The notes: generated by a model from the sequence alone, not told the origin. Positions 47,039-56,438 are shown, counted from the first letter of the stretch. The stretch: 64,000 nt of DNA from an uncultured Solirubrobacteraceae bacterium (GCA_964588985.1 CAZPQW010000014.1:31938-95937); one strand, 5' to 3'. Made by a program: numbers and translations.

Positions 47039-47752
47039 CTATAAGGTGACCACGACTTTTTCGCCGTATTCGACTTTATCTTCGCTTTCGATGGCGATCG
47101 GGATTTCAAAGTATTCGAGTTCATGCACGGCTGATTCGCCTTTGAATTTTCTGATTAATTGGTGTTTTTCTTCTTTGGTCTTGTATGTGATATGGCCGCT
47201 TATGATCACTCCTTCGCCGCCGATCGGTGTCACTTCACCGATGAGGCTGCCTTTGGCTTCCACTGTTTCGGCTGGTAGGCATTCGGTGGAGCCGGTTAGC
47301 GTCACGTAAACGAACCCCGAAGCCGGTTCCAGTTTGAGCCCGACCTCGCTCGTCGCTTCAGACGTCGCCACTTCGCCAAGTTTCCCTTTGAGCGTCTTCG
47401 TGATGACTTCCCCTTCCGCTCCCGAGGGGGAGAAGCTCCTGACGGAGCATTGGTGAAGTTCTTCGCTTTCTTTCGCAAGGCAGCCTTTGAACCTCGCTTT
47501 CACGTTCCTGACTTCGGTCGTGCCGTTGATTTCCCCGCCTTCGGAGGTCGAGCTGCTGCAGGTCACGTAGTATTTGATGGCCCCGAGTTCAACGTACATT
47601 TTCACGGTTTTGCCCTGGATTTTGACGCTTTTGTTGACGACTTCTTTGCCTGAATGTAAGAATTCCGGTGCCGCTGTCGCCGAGGCGGCCGTCACAGCGC
47701 TCGATGCGAACACGACCAACAGAGTGAGTACCAATGCTCTTGCGTATCTCAT
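47039..47752 (-). CDS. Secreted beta-rich hypothetical protein in AT-richer DNA
   Basis: Signal peptide ...AASATA/APEF; four Cys; rich in Lys/Glu/Thr; GAA and AAA codons dominate. Confidence 0.8.
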   Translation of the reverse strand: MRYARALVLTLLVVFASSAVTAASATAAPEFLHSGKEVVNKSVKIQGKTVKMYVELGAIKYYVTCSSSTSEGGEINGTTEVRNVKARFKGCLAKESEELHQCSVRSFSPSGAEGEVITKTLKGKLGEVATSEATSEVGLKLEPASGFVYVTLTGSTECLPAETVEAKGSLIGEVTPIGGEGVIISGHITYKTKEEKHQLIRKFKGESAVHELEYFEIPIAIESEDKVEYGEKVVVTL

Positions 47753-47946
47753 CACTCGCACACTCGCTTCCGGTAGGGGTTGGGGTTGGGTGAGGGGCGG
47801 TGAAGCCCAAGAATCGTTTATCACAGCGCCCTCCAATTGAGAAGCCAAAAAAGGGAACGTCTCTGATAGGCACGCCGGCCGTGAGCGTGTAAACCCCGGC
47901 TCAGCGCTGCGGCGCGGCGGTGAGCGCCTCGCCGTCGGACGTCCGC

Positions 47947-48258
47947 TCACTCAGTTCGGTCGAGGTGTTCTTCGAGCGCGCCCAGGCCGCTCTGCCACAA
48001 CCGCACGTACGGCGCGAGCCAGCGGGCTAGATCCGCGAAGCCCTCGCCGCGCACCGCGTACACCCGCTGTTGCCCCACCGCCCTGCACTCCACGAGGCCC
48101 GCGTCGCGCAGCACGCGTAGGTGACGGGAGGTGTTCGGCTGGCTCAGGCCCGTCCGCGCGGCGAGCTCTCCCACGGGCAGTGCGCCGCTCCTCATCAGCA
48201 GATCCAGCAACCCGCGACGGGCTGGCTCCGCAACGACGTCGAACACGGTGCTCGTCAT
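47947..48258 (-). CDS. ArsR/SmtB-family regulator
   Basis: FDVVAEPARR..LDLL..VGEL..SQPNTSRHLRVLRDAGLV. AT-rich operator-like DNA at about 48262-48302. Confidence 0.9.
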   Translation of the reverse strand: MTSTVFDVVAEPARRGLLDLLMRSGALPVGELAARTGLSQPNTSRHLRVLRDAGLVECRAVGQQRVYAVRGEGFADLARWLAPYVRLWQSGLGALEEHLDRTE

Positions 48259-48371
48259 CCCACATACATAACCATACATTTATATATCTATCAAGACATA
48301 TACGTCGAGCGGGCGTCGATGGGATCGTCTAGTAGGCAGATCAATAACCTGCTCCAAGGAGGAAACGACCG

Positions 48372-48716
48372 ATGAACTACATGCTCCAGATCTACTCCGA
48401 CGGCGTCACCACGGCATGGGAGGACCTGACGGCGGATGAACAGAGCGCGGTGATGGGCGAGTACGCCGCCATCTTCCAGACCCCCGGCGTGAGCGCCGGC
48501 GCGCAGCTGCAGGAAGCGAGCACCGCCACGACTGTGCGCGTGCAGGACGGGCGCACGCTCACCACCGACGGCCCGTTCGCGGAGACCAAGGAGGCACTCG
48601 GCGGCTACTACCTGTTCGAGGCCCCCGATCTCGACGCGGCGATCGAGTTGGCCTCACGCATCCCCGCGGCGCGCATGGGCGGAGCGGTCGAGGTGCGTCC
48701 GTTGGTGGAACGCTGA
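48372..48716 (+). CDS. YciI/DGPF-family protein
   Basis: [16 protein letters not shown]...VEVRP. Confidence 0.92.
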   Translation: MNYMLQIYSDGVTTAWEDLTADEQSAVMGEYAAIFQTPGVSAGAQLQEASTATTVRVQDGRTLTTDGPFAETKEALGGYYLFEAPDLDAAIELASRIPAARMGGAVEVRPLVER

Positions 48717-49870
48717 TCGAGCAGGTCTTCCGCGAGCAGTGGGGCCGCGTCCTGGCTGCGCTGGTCGGCTTCCTCGGCGACTTCGATCTCGCCGAGGAGG
48801 CCGCCCAGGAGGCCTTCGCGGTCGCCGCGGAGCGCTGGCCGCGCGAAGGGATGCCGACGAACGCCGGCGCGTGGCTGATCACGACCGCGCGCAACCGCGC
48901 GATCGATCGCATTCGCAGGGAGCGCACGCTCGCAGCGAAGACCAAGCTGCTTGACAAGCCCGAGGCGGTGGAAGACACGATGCAGGACACCACGTTCCGC
49001 GACGAGCGCCTCGAGCTGATCTTCACCTGCTGTCACCCCGCTCTCTCGACCGACGCGCAGGTGGCGCTCACGCTGCGCGCGCTCGGCGGCCTCAGCACCG
49101 GGGAGATCGCACACGCGTTCCTCGTCCCCGAGGCGACGATGGCACAGCGGCTCGTGCGCGCGAAGCACAAGATCCGCGACGCGGGCATCCCCTTCCGGAT
49201 CCCGCCCGCGCACCTGCTTCCCGACCGGCTCGCGGCTGTGCTCGCGGTGGTGTACCTGATCTTCAACGCGGGCTACGACGGAGACGGCGAGCTATCAGCG
49301 GAGGCGATCCGCCTCGGGGCCTCGCTGATGGAGCTGATGCCGGACGAGCCCGAGGCGTGCGGGCTGCTCGCGCTGATGCTGCTTCAGGACTCGCGCCGCG
49401 CGGCGCGGGTTCGCGACGGCGAGCTGGTGCTGCTCGCGGACCAGGACCGCTCGCTGTGGGACCACGAGCAGATCCGCGCCGGACGCGCCGCGCTCGAGCG
49501 CGCGCGAGCGCTGCACGGCGCGGGGCCATACGTCCTGCAGGCGGCGATCGCCTCGCTGCACTCCGAGCAGGGGAGCGACTGGGAGGGGATCGCCGCGCTC
49601 TACGACGAGCTGATGGCGCGCACGGGGTCGCCCGTCGTCGCGCTCAATCGCGCCGTGGCGATCGCCGAAGCCCGCGGGCCGCAGGCGGGGCTCGAGCTGA
49701 TCGACCGGATCGAGCTCGAGAACTACCAGTACCTGCACGCCACCCGCGCCGAGCTGCTGCGCCGCCTCGGGCGGACCGTTGAGGCGCGCGGAGCATATGA
49801 GCGGGCGCTCGAACTGGTGCGCTCAGACCCCGAGCGCCGCTTTCTGGAAGGCCGACTCGCGGCCTTGTAG
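48713..49870 (+). CDS. ECF sigma factor with C-terminal TPR-like extension (ECF42-type)
   Basis: The frame reads [30 protein letters not shown] upstream of ATG 48851, then [10 protein letters not shown] and YVLQAAIA. Probable non-canonical start at CTG 48713. Confidence 0.88.
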   Translation: MIEQVFREQWGRVLAALVGFLGDFDLAEEAAQEAFAVAAERWPREGMPTNAGAWLITTARNRAIDRIRRERTLAAKTKLLDKPEAVEDTMQDTTFRDERLELIFTCCHPALSTDAQVALTLRALGGLSTGEIAHAFLVPEATMAQRLVRAKHKIRDAGIPFRIPPAHLLPDRLAAVLAVVYLIFNAGYDGDGELSAEAIRLGASLMELMPDEPEACGLLALMLLQDSRRAARVRDGELVLLADQDRSLWDHEQIRAGRAALERARALHGAGPYVLQAAIASLHSEQGSDWEGIAALYDELMARTGSPVVALNRAVAIAEARGPQAGLELIDRIELENYQYLHATRAELLRRLGRTVEARGAYERALELVRSDPERRFLEGRLAAL

Positions 49871-49883
49871 GCGGACGCTGGAG

Positions 49884-50228
49884 CTAGACGAGCAGTTCGT
49901 CGGGCGTGGCGACGGTGCGCAGGTGCTCGCCGACGCCGGTCACGCTCAGCAGGCGCTGTACCTGATCGGAGCCCGGGGTGATCGCGAACACCTGCCCGTG
50001 CTCGCGGCAACGCTCGCGCGTGGCGAGGATGATCCTCAACCCGGTGGAGTCGATGAACTTGAGCTGCTGCAGGTCGAGCACCACCGTCGAGGCACTTGCC
50101 AGCTGCTCATCCTCCAGCGCACTCTGGAACAGCGGGGCGTTGGCCATGTCGAGTTCGCCGTCGAGACAGAGAATCGCCCGATCGGCCTCCTTGCGGATAT
50201 CGATCCGAAGCTGATCTTGTACCCCCAT
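49884..50228 (-). CDS. STAS anti-anti-sigma factor (RsbV-like)
   Basis: LDGELDMA..VVLDLQQLKFIDSTGL. Confidence 0.92.
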   Translation of the reverse strand: MGVQDQLRIDIRKEADRAILCLDGELDMANAPLFQSALEDEQLASASTVVLDLQQLKFIDSTGLRIILATRERCREHGQVFAITPGSDQVQRLLSVTGVGEHLRTVATPDELLV

Positions 50229-50238
50229 GACGCTGATT

Positions 50239-52431
50239 TTAGCCAAGGCGCAGTGCCATGAGTGCAATGTCGTCGCGCAGCGCGCCATCCGCATGCTCGA
50301 TCGCGGCGCGCTCGATTCGCTCCAAGAAGCCGCCGACGCTCAGGTCCGGGGCCTGCGTGCACAGCTCCAGCAGGCCTTTCTCGCCCAGTTGGACGCTCGA
50401 ACGCCCCGCCTCCGGCAGGCCGTCGGTATAGAGCAGCAGCGTCTGTCCGGGGTGCAGCTCCGCGTGTGCTTCGTGGACGGCGATCGGGTCGAGCACGCCG
50501 AGGAGCGTGCCCGACCTGCCGAGCTGCTCGGCGGCGCCGTCCGCGTCGATCAGCAGCGGCTGTGGATGTCCGGCGAGCGTCACCGTGAGTCGCGCATGGC
50601 GCGGTCCTCGCTCCAGCACGATCAGGCACACGGTGCACAGGTCCGCGCCAGGCGGCTGGTCGCTGAGCGCCTCGTGCAGTATCTCGAGCATCTCCTCGGG
50701 GCTCTGGCCGAGCCTTGCCGCGGCGCGCAGCGTGTGGCGTGCGAGCGCCGTGACGCCCGCCGCGCGCGGGCCCTTGCCGCACACGTCGCCGATGGTCAGC
50801 AGCCAGCGGTCTGGGCCGTAGGGAACGACGTCGTAGAAGTCCCCGCCCACCTCGTTCAGCTCGCCGGCCGCGCGGTAGAGAGTCTCCAGCTCCATCCCCG
50901 GGATCTCCGGCAACGACGCGGGCAGCAGCGCCGCCTGCAGGGTGTTGGCGATGCGTGTGCGCTCGGTGTACAGCCGCGCGCTCTCGACCGCCGTCCCTGC
51001 CCGTCGTCCGAGGCGCTCGGCGAGCGCGAGATCGACGTGCGAGAGGCGACGCGTGGACTCAGAGGAGACGAGTGTGATCGCGCCGATCGTCCTCGTGGGC
51101 GCGCTCAGCGGCACGATGATCACGGCCGTCGCGCCGATCGCGAGCAGCATCTCCAGGTGCTCGCTGCTACGCGCGTACGCCGCGAGGGCGTCGGGGGTGA
51201 TCTCCGTGAAGATGCGGGCCCTGCCGGAGCGGATCACCTCCGCCACGCCCACCGGGTCCTCGCGCGAGAGTCGGTAGCTGCGGTCGATCCGTTCGGCCAG
51301 TTCGAGTCTGCTCGGATCTTCATGGTGGACCGCCACGCGCTCGATCTCCCCGTCTTCCCCCACAACGTCCACCGCGCACCAGTCCGCGATCTGGGGCACC
51401 GCGAGCTGCGCCACGCGCCTGAGCGTCTCGGTGTAGTCCATCGAGGAGGCCAGCACGCGGCTCGCCTCCGCCATGAAGCTTTCGGCCAGCTGTACGCGCT
51501 TGACCGCGGTGATGTTCTCGAACACGTTCACCGCGTACTGGATGCGCCCGGTGTCGAGATCGTGGACCGGGGATGAGCGCACGATCAGCCAGCGCTCCTC
51601 GCCGGTGGCGCGCACGATGTTTCTCACCAGCAGCGGCTCGGGCCGCTCGCTCGCGAACAGCCGCCGACCCGGCATGTGCTCTAGGTCGAGCGCGCGGCCA
51701 TGCTCGTCCGTCACGAGAAAGCGCGGCATTATCGACCCCGGAGCCGCGTTCGTGAGCTCGGCGGGCGTGCTCACGCCGAGCAGGTCCGCGGCGGCCTGGT
51801 TGGCGAACACCATTCGCCCGTGCTCATCGGTGAGGGTGATCGCCTCGGCGACGTTCGCGAGGATGGCCTCCAGGCGCTGCTCGACGCGACGAACCTCCGA
51901 GAACAGCCGCGCGTTGTCGATCGCGAGCGCCGCCCTGCGTGCGAGCTCGCTCACGAGCTCCATGTCGGCGGCGGTGTAGGACTCCCCGCCAGCGAGGCGC
52001 AGCACCGACAGCGCCCCCAGCGTTCGCCTGCGCGCGAGCAGCGGCGCCACGGCGGCGGAGTGATAGCCGTGGTCGAGCATGAAGCGCTCATGCCTGGAGC
52101 CCTCCGCGAACGAATGGATCTGCGTGCCGGTCATGGCGGGGAGCAGCTCCGGCTCGCCGCCGCGAATCACGCGTGCCACTGGATGGTCGCTGTCCGGGCT
52201 CAGTCGCTGACGTTCGCGCACCGCGCGGAGATCCTCGGCGACTCGCACGTCTGCCGACGCGACCGCCATCTGCCTGATCGATCCGTCGTGCTCGAGCAGG
52301 TCGATCACGCACAGGTCGGCAAGCCGCGGCACGGTCAGGCGCGCCACGCGACCCAGTGTGCGTTTCATGTCGAGGGACTCCGCCAGCGCCACGCCCGCCT
52401 CGAGGAGTAGCTCGACTGCCACGTCGTCCAT
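50239..52431 (-). CDS. GAF-PAS-GAF-PP2C (SpoIIE/RsbU-like) phosphatase
   Basis: LQAALLP, VGGDFYD, IGDVCGKG, LYTDGL and DDIA. Confidence 0.92.
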   Translation of the reverse strand: MDDVAVELLLEAGVALAESLDMKRTLGRVARLTVPRLADLCVIDLLEHDGSIRQMAVASADVRVAEDLRAVRERQRLSPDSDHPVARVIRGGEPELLPAMTGTQIHSFAEGSRHERFMLDHGYHSAAVAPLLARRRTLGALSVLRLAGGESYTAADMELVSELARRAALAIDNARLFSEVRRVEQRLEAILANVAEAITLTDEHGRMVFANQAAADLLGVSTPAELTNAAPGSIMPRFLVTDEHGRALDLEHMPGRRLFASERPEPLLVRNIVRATGEERWLIVRSSPVHDLDTGRIQYAVNVFENITAVKRVQLAESFMAEASRVLASSMDYTETLRRVAQLAVPQIADWCAVDVVGEDGEIERVAVHHEDPSRLELAERIDRSYRLSREDPVGVAEVIRSGRARIFTEITPDALAAYARSSEHLEMLLAIGATAVIIVPLSAPTRTIGAITLVSSESTRRLSHVDLALAERLGRRAGTAVESARLYTERTRIANTLQAALLPASLPEIPGMELETLYRAAGELNEVGGDFYDVVPYGPDRWLLTIGDVCGKGPRAAGVTALARHTLRAAARLGQSPEEMLEILHEALSDQPPGADLCTVCLIVLERGPRHARLTVTLAGHPQPLLIDADGAAEQLGRSGTLLGVLDPIAVHEAHAELHPGQTLLLYTDGLPEAGRSSVQLGEKGLLELCTQAPDLSVGGFLERIERAAIEHADGALRDDIALMALRLG

Positions 52432-52524
52432 ATCTCGCTGAGTATCGCAATCCGGATGGGTTCGAGTAACAGGTTGGCCTGCTGTCATACCTGCACACAT
52501 CCGCTTTGTCCCCAGTTCAGCGGC

Positions 52525-53466
52525 TCAGGCAGGCCGCTCGTCGGCGCGCATGTGAGCGCGCACGACGCTGCCTCCTGGCGAGGTGCGCACCTGCACCAGA
52601 TCGCACAGTTGATTGACGAGCCACAGGCCGCGTCCGCCATGCTCTTCGACCGCGGGGCGTCTGCGTCCGGCGAGCGGATCGGCGATGTGACCGACGTCGC
52701 GGACCTCGCAAAGGAGCGTGTCGGACTCTCGCCAGACGAGCAGCCTGCCCCTGCCGCCACCGTGGCGGATGCTGTTGCTGGCCAGCTCGTTCACCGCCAG
52801 GATCAGCCGCTCTCTGCGCTCGTCGTCGAGCAGCTCCTCGCTCGCCCATGCCGACACGAAGCGTCGCAGTGCGTGCAGCCCATCGATCGCGAACGTGCGC
52901 TCCTCGACCGGCGGACAGGGTGCCGGGAGCGGATCTTCGAGCGGTATCGGCGGTTCGTGTGCGCAGCGATAGACGGCGCTCGGCTCACTGCCGGCTGCTC
53001 CGGCGATCAGCGGGTGGCTGAGTCTCGCGGCCTCGATCACCTCGTCGTCCAGCCCGTCGAGGTCGTAGGGGCACAGCAGGCGCCATGCCTGACCTGGGTC
53101 GAACGCGAGGTTGAGCAGCGCCTCGTGGTACTGGCACTCGACCAGCTCAGCCGGGCTGCGCCCCGGCCAGATCGGTTCGCCGATCCCGAACGCGGGCCCG
53201 CCGTCGGCGCAGTGGCGCTCCAGGAACTCACGCCAGACGGGAATGATCCGCGCGGGGTTGCCCCCGAGCGCGCGCATGTCCGCGAAGCGTACGCGCTCGG
53301 CCTCGTCGCCGAGCGCCTCTTTCAGCCCCGCGATCCGCTCTGCGCCGACCGCGACGAGCACCGGCTCCTGTCCGGCCAGCGCCCGCTTGACGAACGGCAG
53401 CGTCCCGGCGACGAACCCATCCACGCCTTCGGCGTAGTAGAGCACCTCGTGACGAAAGCGGTTCAC
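52525..53466 (-). CDS. MEDS + HATPase anti-sigma factor (RsbA/PrsR-like)
   Basis: FRHEVLYY, NPARII, IGEPIWPGRS, CPYD, NELASNSIRHG and GRGLWLVNQLCD. Confidence 0.88.
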   Translation of the reverse strand: MNRFRHEVLYYAEGVDGFVAGTLPFVKRALAGQEPVLVAVGAERIAGLKEALGDEAERVRFADMRALGGNPARIIPVWREFLERHCADGGPAFGIGEPIWPGRSPAELVECQYHEALLNLAFDPGQAWRLLCPYDLDGLDDEVIEAARLSHPLIAGAAGSEPSAVYRCAHEPPIPLEDPLPAPCPPVEERTFAIDGLHALRRFVSAWASEELLDDERRERLILAVNELASNSIRHGGGRGRLLVWRESDTLLCEVRDVGHIADPLAGRRRPAVEEHGGRGLWLVNQLCDLVQVRTSPGGSVVRAHMRADERPA

Positions 53467-53633
53467 CAACGGCCGTACCAGCGGCGACCGCCGCCGTCGG
53501 CCACGCCGCCGATGAAGAAGCCGATCAGCCACAGCAGCACCGCGAAGATCAGCACGTACCACAGCGCGTGCGCCGCGAATCCCAGGCCTCCGAAGATGGC
53601 CAGTATCAGTACGAGTGCGAGTAGAGCCACCAT
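53463..53633 (-). CDS. Small hydrophobic membrane protein
   Basis: MVALLALVLILAIFGGLGFAAHALWY...RRWYGRW (56 aa); coupled to the anti-sigma gene. Confidence 0.8.
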   Translation of the reverse strand: MVALLALVLILAIFGGLGFAAHALWYVLIFAVLLWLIGFFIGGVADGGGRRWYGRW

Positions 53634-53695
53634 GTTCGACCCTCGATTCCATGTCGTTCCCCCGGTTGTGAGATGAGCCGGGCCTGCTCTGCCAA

Positions 53696-53721
53696 TTGCC
53701 CGAATGGCAACTGCGCCAAAC
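53696..53721 (-). promoter_or_regulatory. SigB/SigF-type promoter
   Basis: GTTT-N16-GGGCAA on the minus strand. Confidence 0.65.
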
Positions 53722-53733
53722 CTTCGTCGCTCG

Positions 53734-53758
53734 GTTTTCCTCCCGCCTGCACGGGTAG
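53734..53758 (+). promoter_or_regulatory. SigB/SigF-type promoter of the pfpI-like gene
   Basis: GTTT-N15-GGGTAG. Confidence 0.72.
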
Positions 53759-53794
53759 CGCACGGGAGAAAGATCATCGAACAAGGAGGCCAAA

Positions 53795-54379
53795 GTGGCA
53801 CAGTTGAGTGGCATGAGAATCGCGTTCCTCGTAGCCCAGGAGGGAGTGGAGGAGGTCGAGCTGACAGAGCCTTGGAAGGCAGTGGAGAGGGCCGGGGCCA
53901 AGCCCGAGCTGATCGCTCCGGAAGGCGGCGAGGTACAGGCATTCAACCACCTCGACAAGGGCCCGATGCACAGCGTCGACACGAAGCTCGCCGACGCCGA
54001 GCCCGACGACTACGACGGCGTGGTGCTGCCGGGAGGCGTCGCCAACCCAGACCAGCTCCGCACCGAGCCCGACGCGATCGACTTCCTGCAGCGGATCTTC
54101 GCCGAAGGCAAGCCCGTAGGGGTCATCTGCCACGGTCCGTGGACGTTGGTGGAGGCGGATCTCGTGCGTGGTCGCAAGCTCACCTCATGGCCCTCGCTGC
54201 AAACCGATATTCGCAATGCCGGCGGCGATTGGGTGGACCAGGAGGTGGTCGTCGACCGGGGCCTGGTCTCCAGCCGCAAGCCCGACGACCTGCCCGCGTT
54301 CTGCGCGAAGATCGTCGAGGAGTTCGGCGAGGGCGTTCACGACGTAGTCGAAGCGGGCGCTACAGCTGGGGCTCGGTAA
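53795..54379 (+). CDS. PfpI/DJ-1 family general stress protein
   Basis: GVEEVEL, LPGGVANPD, ICHGPW and SRKPDDL. RBS AAGGAGG. Confidence 0.93.
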   Translation: MAQLSGMRIAFLVAQEGVEEVELTEPWKAVERAGAKPELIAPEGGEVQAFNHLDKGPMHSVDTKLADAEPDDYDGVVLPGGVANPDQLRTEPDAIDFLQRIFAEGKPVGVICHGPWTLVEADLVRGRKLTSWPSLQTDIRNAGGDWVDQEVVVDRGLVSSRKPDDLPAFCAKIVEEFGEGVHDVVEAGATAGAR

Positions 54380-54450
54380 TGAGGCTGCTCGCCACGGGGG
54401 CCGCGGTCCCAGCTCACCATGCGACGTGCGTCGATATTTATCCGACGACT

Positions 54451-54475
54451 GTTTAGAACCCGTGTGAGCGGGCAT
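54451..54475 (+). promoter_or_regulatory. SigB/SigF-type promoter with no annotated gene downstream
   Basis: GTTT-N15-GGGCAT. Confidence 0.6.
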
Positions 54476-54483
54476 GGAACTGA

Positions 54484-54615
54484 ATGCCAGTGTCGCCCCT
54501 AGCGGTGGCGATCGCGAGCCCCCCGCGGTCGTCGCCCACAGAGGGGGGTGACTGAAAGGCGGCATGTCGGCTTGGCTCGTCGTTGTGACTGAGCCGCCGG
54601 CATGTCGTCTTCTTC
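54484..54615 (+). ncRNA. Candidate SigB-dependent sRNA or leaderless 23-aa micropeptide transcript
   Basis: Promoter immediately upstream; ORF 54484-54555 (MPVSPLAVAIASPPRSSPTEGGD); long 3' hairpin followed by TTCTTC. Confidence 0.45.
54558..54615 (+). terminator. Long hairpin, probable terminator
   Basis: 54558-54571 pairs fully with 54596-54609 (three G-U pairs), with inner stems GGCTC/GAGCC and GTC/GAC. Confidence 0.65.
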
Positions 54616-54670
54616 AGGCGGTTTGGTGGCGTGAGGCTGGGTGGCGCGGCCGCCGAGGTTGCGCCGGAGG

Positions 54671-55510
54671 TCACCGTCGAGCCGCGAGCTGCAACGCGAG
54701 CACCTCCGAGGAGCCCGCCGGCGCCACCTCGTAGGCGTCGGCGAGCCGGTCGAGCATGCCGCACAGGTCTCGTCCGTCGCCGTCCTCGCCCAGGAGCTCG
54801 CCGGCGCTTCCGGCATGCAGCGGACCCAGGCGCAGGCCGAGCACGCGTGGCGCGACGCCCACGTCGACGCTCAGGTGGCTGGCGCCGAGTGAGCCGTCGG
54901 TGCGGGTGATGAGCGTGTCGGCGAGCAGCTGTGCCTCGGCGATGCGATCGGTCGAGAAGTGCGCCCGCGCCGCGAGCCCGCTGAGTACGCGGGGCAGTAC
55001 CGACCGTGCCAGCGAGCTCGGCGCGATCGCCAGCACCATCGTCTCCGCCGGCTCGTGGGATCCGGCGGGCGGGAACTCGAACAGCAGCTCAGTGGCCGGC
55101 TCTTCGAGCGTGGGTGGGGCTGCGGTGGAGAACTCCATCCGCACCTCCGTGCCCGGGCCGGGGTCCAGGTCGACGAACTCGGCCCGGTGAGCGAGCGCGC
55201 GGATCACCGGCAGGCCGATCCCGCCGGGGGCGTTCTCGGCGTTCTGGACGCGCGGTTTGATCCCGCCTCCGTAGTCGCGCACCACCACTCGCAGTGCGGG
55301 CGGACAGGCGTGGATCTCGACCTCCAATGGGCCTTCCGCGCCGTCGTAGGCGTGCAGCACCACGTTGTTGCATGCCTCCGTCACGGCCGTGTTGAGGTCG
55401 TTGAGCTCCACGGGGTCGAGGAGGATCACCTCGGCGAGGCCGCTGAGCGCCTGGCGAACCAGCAGCACGTTCTCGGCCTTGTTGGCGAGCTTCAAGCAGA
55501 TATTGGGCAC
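54671..55510 (-). CDS. RsbW-like anti-sigma factor (HATPase) with a degenerate second domain
   Basis: AVTEACNNVVLHAY, VRDYGGG, GIGLPVI and GTEVRM. Confidence 0.88.
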   Translation of the reverse strand: MPNICLKLANKAENVLLVRQALSGLAEVILLDPVELNDLNTAVTEACNNVVLHAYDGAEGPLEVEIHACPPALRVVVRDYGGGIKPRVQNAENAPGGIGLPVIRALAHRAEFVDLDPGPGTEVRMEFSTAAPPTLEEPATELLFEFPPAGSHEPAETMVLAIAPSSLARSVLPRVLSGLAARAHFSTDRIAEAQLLADTLITRTDGSLGASHLSVDVGVAPRVLGLRLGPLHAGSAGELLGEDGDGRDLCGMLDRLADAYEVAPAGSSEVLALQLAARR

Positions 55511-55534
55511 AGCGGTCGCGCCCGCGCGGTGCTG

Positions 55535-56335
55535 CTAGCGGGCCTCTGCGGGTTCACGCGTGAGCATGCGCAGCTGATCGAGCGAGCGTCGCAGCAGGCG
55601 CGAGACCTGCATCTGGGAGATGCCCACGCGCTCGGCGATCTCTGTCTGGGTGAGATCCTCCATGAAGCGCATGCGCAGAATCATCCGTTGGCGGGGCGAG
55701 ATGTGTCCCAGCACCGAGGAGAGCGTGACGTCGAGCTCGACGAGCTCATAGCGCTCGTCGTCCATGCCGAGCGTTTCGCCGTAGGACGGGGCCTCTTCGT
55801 CTCCGCCGGGCCGTGGTGCGTCGAGCGAGACGGTCTCGTAGGCCTGGATCGCCTGCAGCGCGTCGATGACCTGCTCGACGTCGAGCTCGAGGAACTCCGC
55901 TAGCTGGTTGACCGTTGGGGCATGCCCGGTCTCGCCCGCGATCTGAGCCTGCGCGTCTCGCACCTTCAGGGCGCGCTCTTGAGCGCCGCGCGGCACGTGG
56001 ATCGCCCAGCCGGAGTCGCGGAAGTAGCGGCGCATCTCGCCGAGGATCGTGGGCACCGCAAAGGACTGAAAGGCGTGTCCGCGAGTGGCGTCGTAGCGGT
56101 CGATCGCCTTCAGCAGTCCGAGCGAGGCGACCTGCAGCAGATCCTCGAACGGCTCGGAGGATCGTCCGTAGCGGCGTGTGAGACTGCGCGTGAGTGGCAT
56201 GAAGCGACGCACGAGAGCCTCGCGCGCCGCGCGATCCTCGTCGTGCTGCCAACGCGCGAACAACTCGTTCGTGTCCTCGTGGGCGCCGGAAACGGCGCTG
56301 ACGTTAAGCGTTGCGGTTGCGGAGCTTGCGGGCAT
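55535..56335 (-). CDS. SigB/SigF/SigG-family RNA polymerase sigma factor
   Basis: EDLLQVASLGLLKAIDRYD, FAVPTILGEMRRYFRD and TQTEIAERVGISQMQVSR. Confidence 0.95.
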   Translation of the reverse strand: MPASSATATLNVSAVSGAHEDTNELFARWQHDEDRAAREALVRRFMPLTRSLTRRYGRSSEPFEDLLQVASLGLLKAIDRYDATRGHAFQSFAVPTILGEMRRYFRDSGWAIHVPRGAQERALKVRDAQAQIAGETGHAPTVNQLAEFLELDVEQVIDALQAIQAYETVSLDAPRPGGDEEAPSYGETLGMDDERYELVELDVTLSSVLGHISPRQRMILRMRFMEDLTQTEIAERVGISQMQVSRLLRRSLDQLRMLTREPAEAR

Positions 56336-56412
56336 CTTGGGCTCCCTTCCCTTGTCGTTCGCTCTTGTCGTAGACCAAGTGATCGCACACTGATGCGACC
56401 CTCCGCTCCAGT

Positions 56413-56438
56413 TTACCCCGATCGCCCGCGATCTAAAC
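56413..56438 (-). promoter_or_regulatory. SigB-type autoregulatory promoter
   Basis: GTTT-N16-GGGTAA upstream of the sigma gene. Confidence 0.75.

Noticed and set aside
43452-47893. Inverted 11-mer TTTACACGCTC/GAGCGTGTAAA flanking 4.4 kb as possible mobile-element or inversion ends
   Set aside because: It is short, with no recombinase or transposase and no target-site duplication. A similar 9-mer also occurs at the vapB promoter.
54564-54734. Alternative ORF starting inside the hairpin after GGGGGTGA
   Set aside because: The start codon is buried in a strong stem and the ORF runs antisense into the rsbW-like gene.
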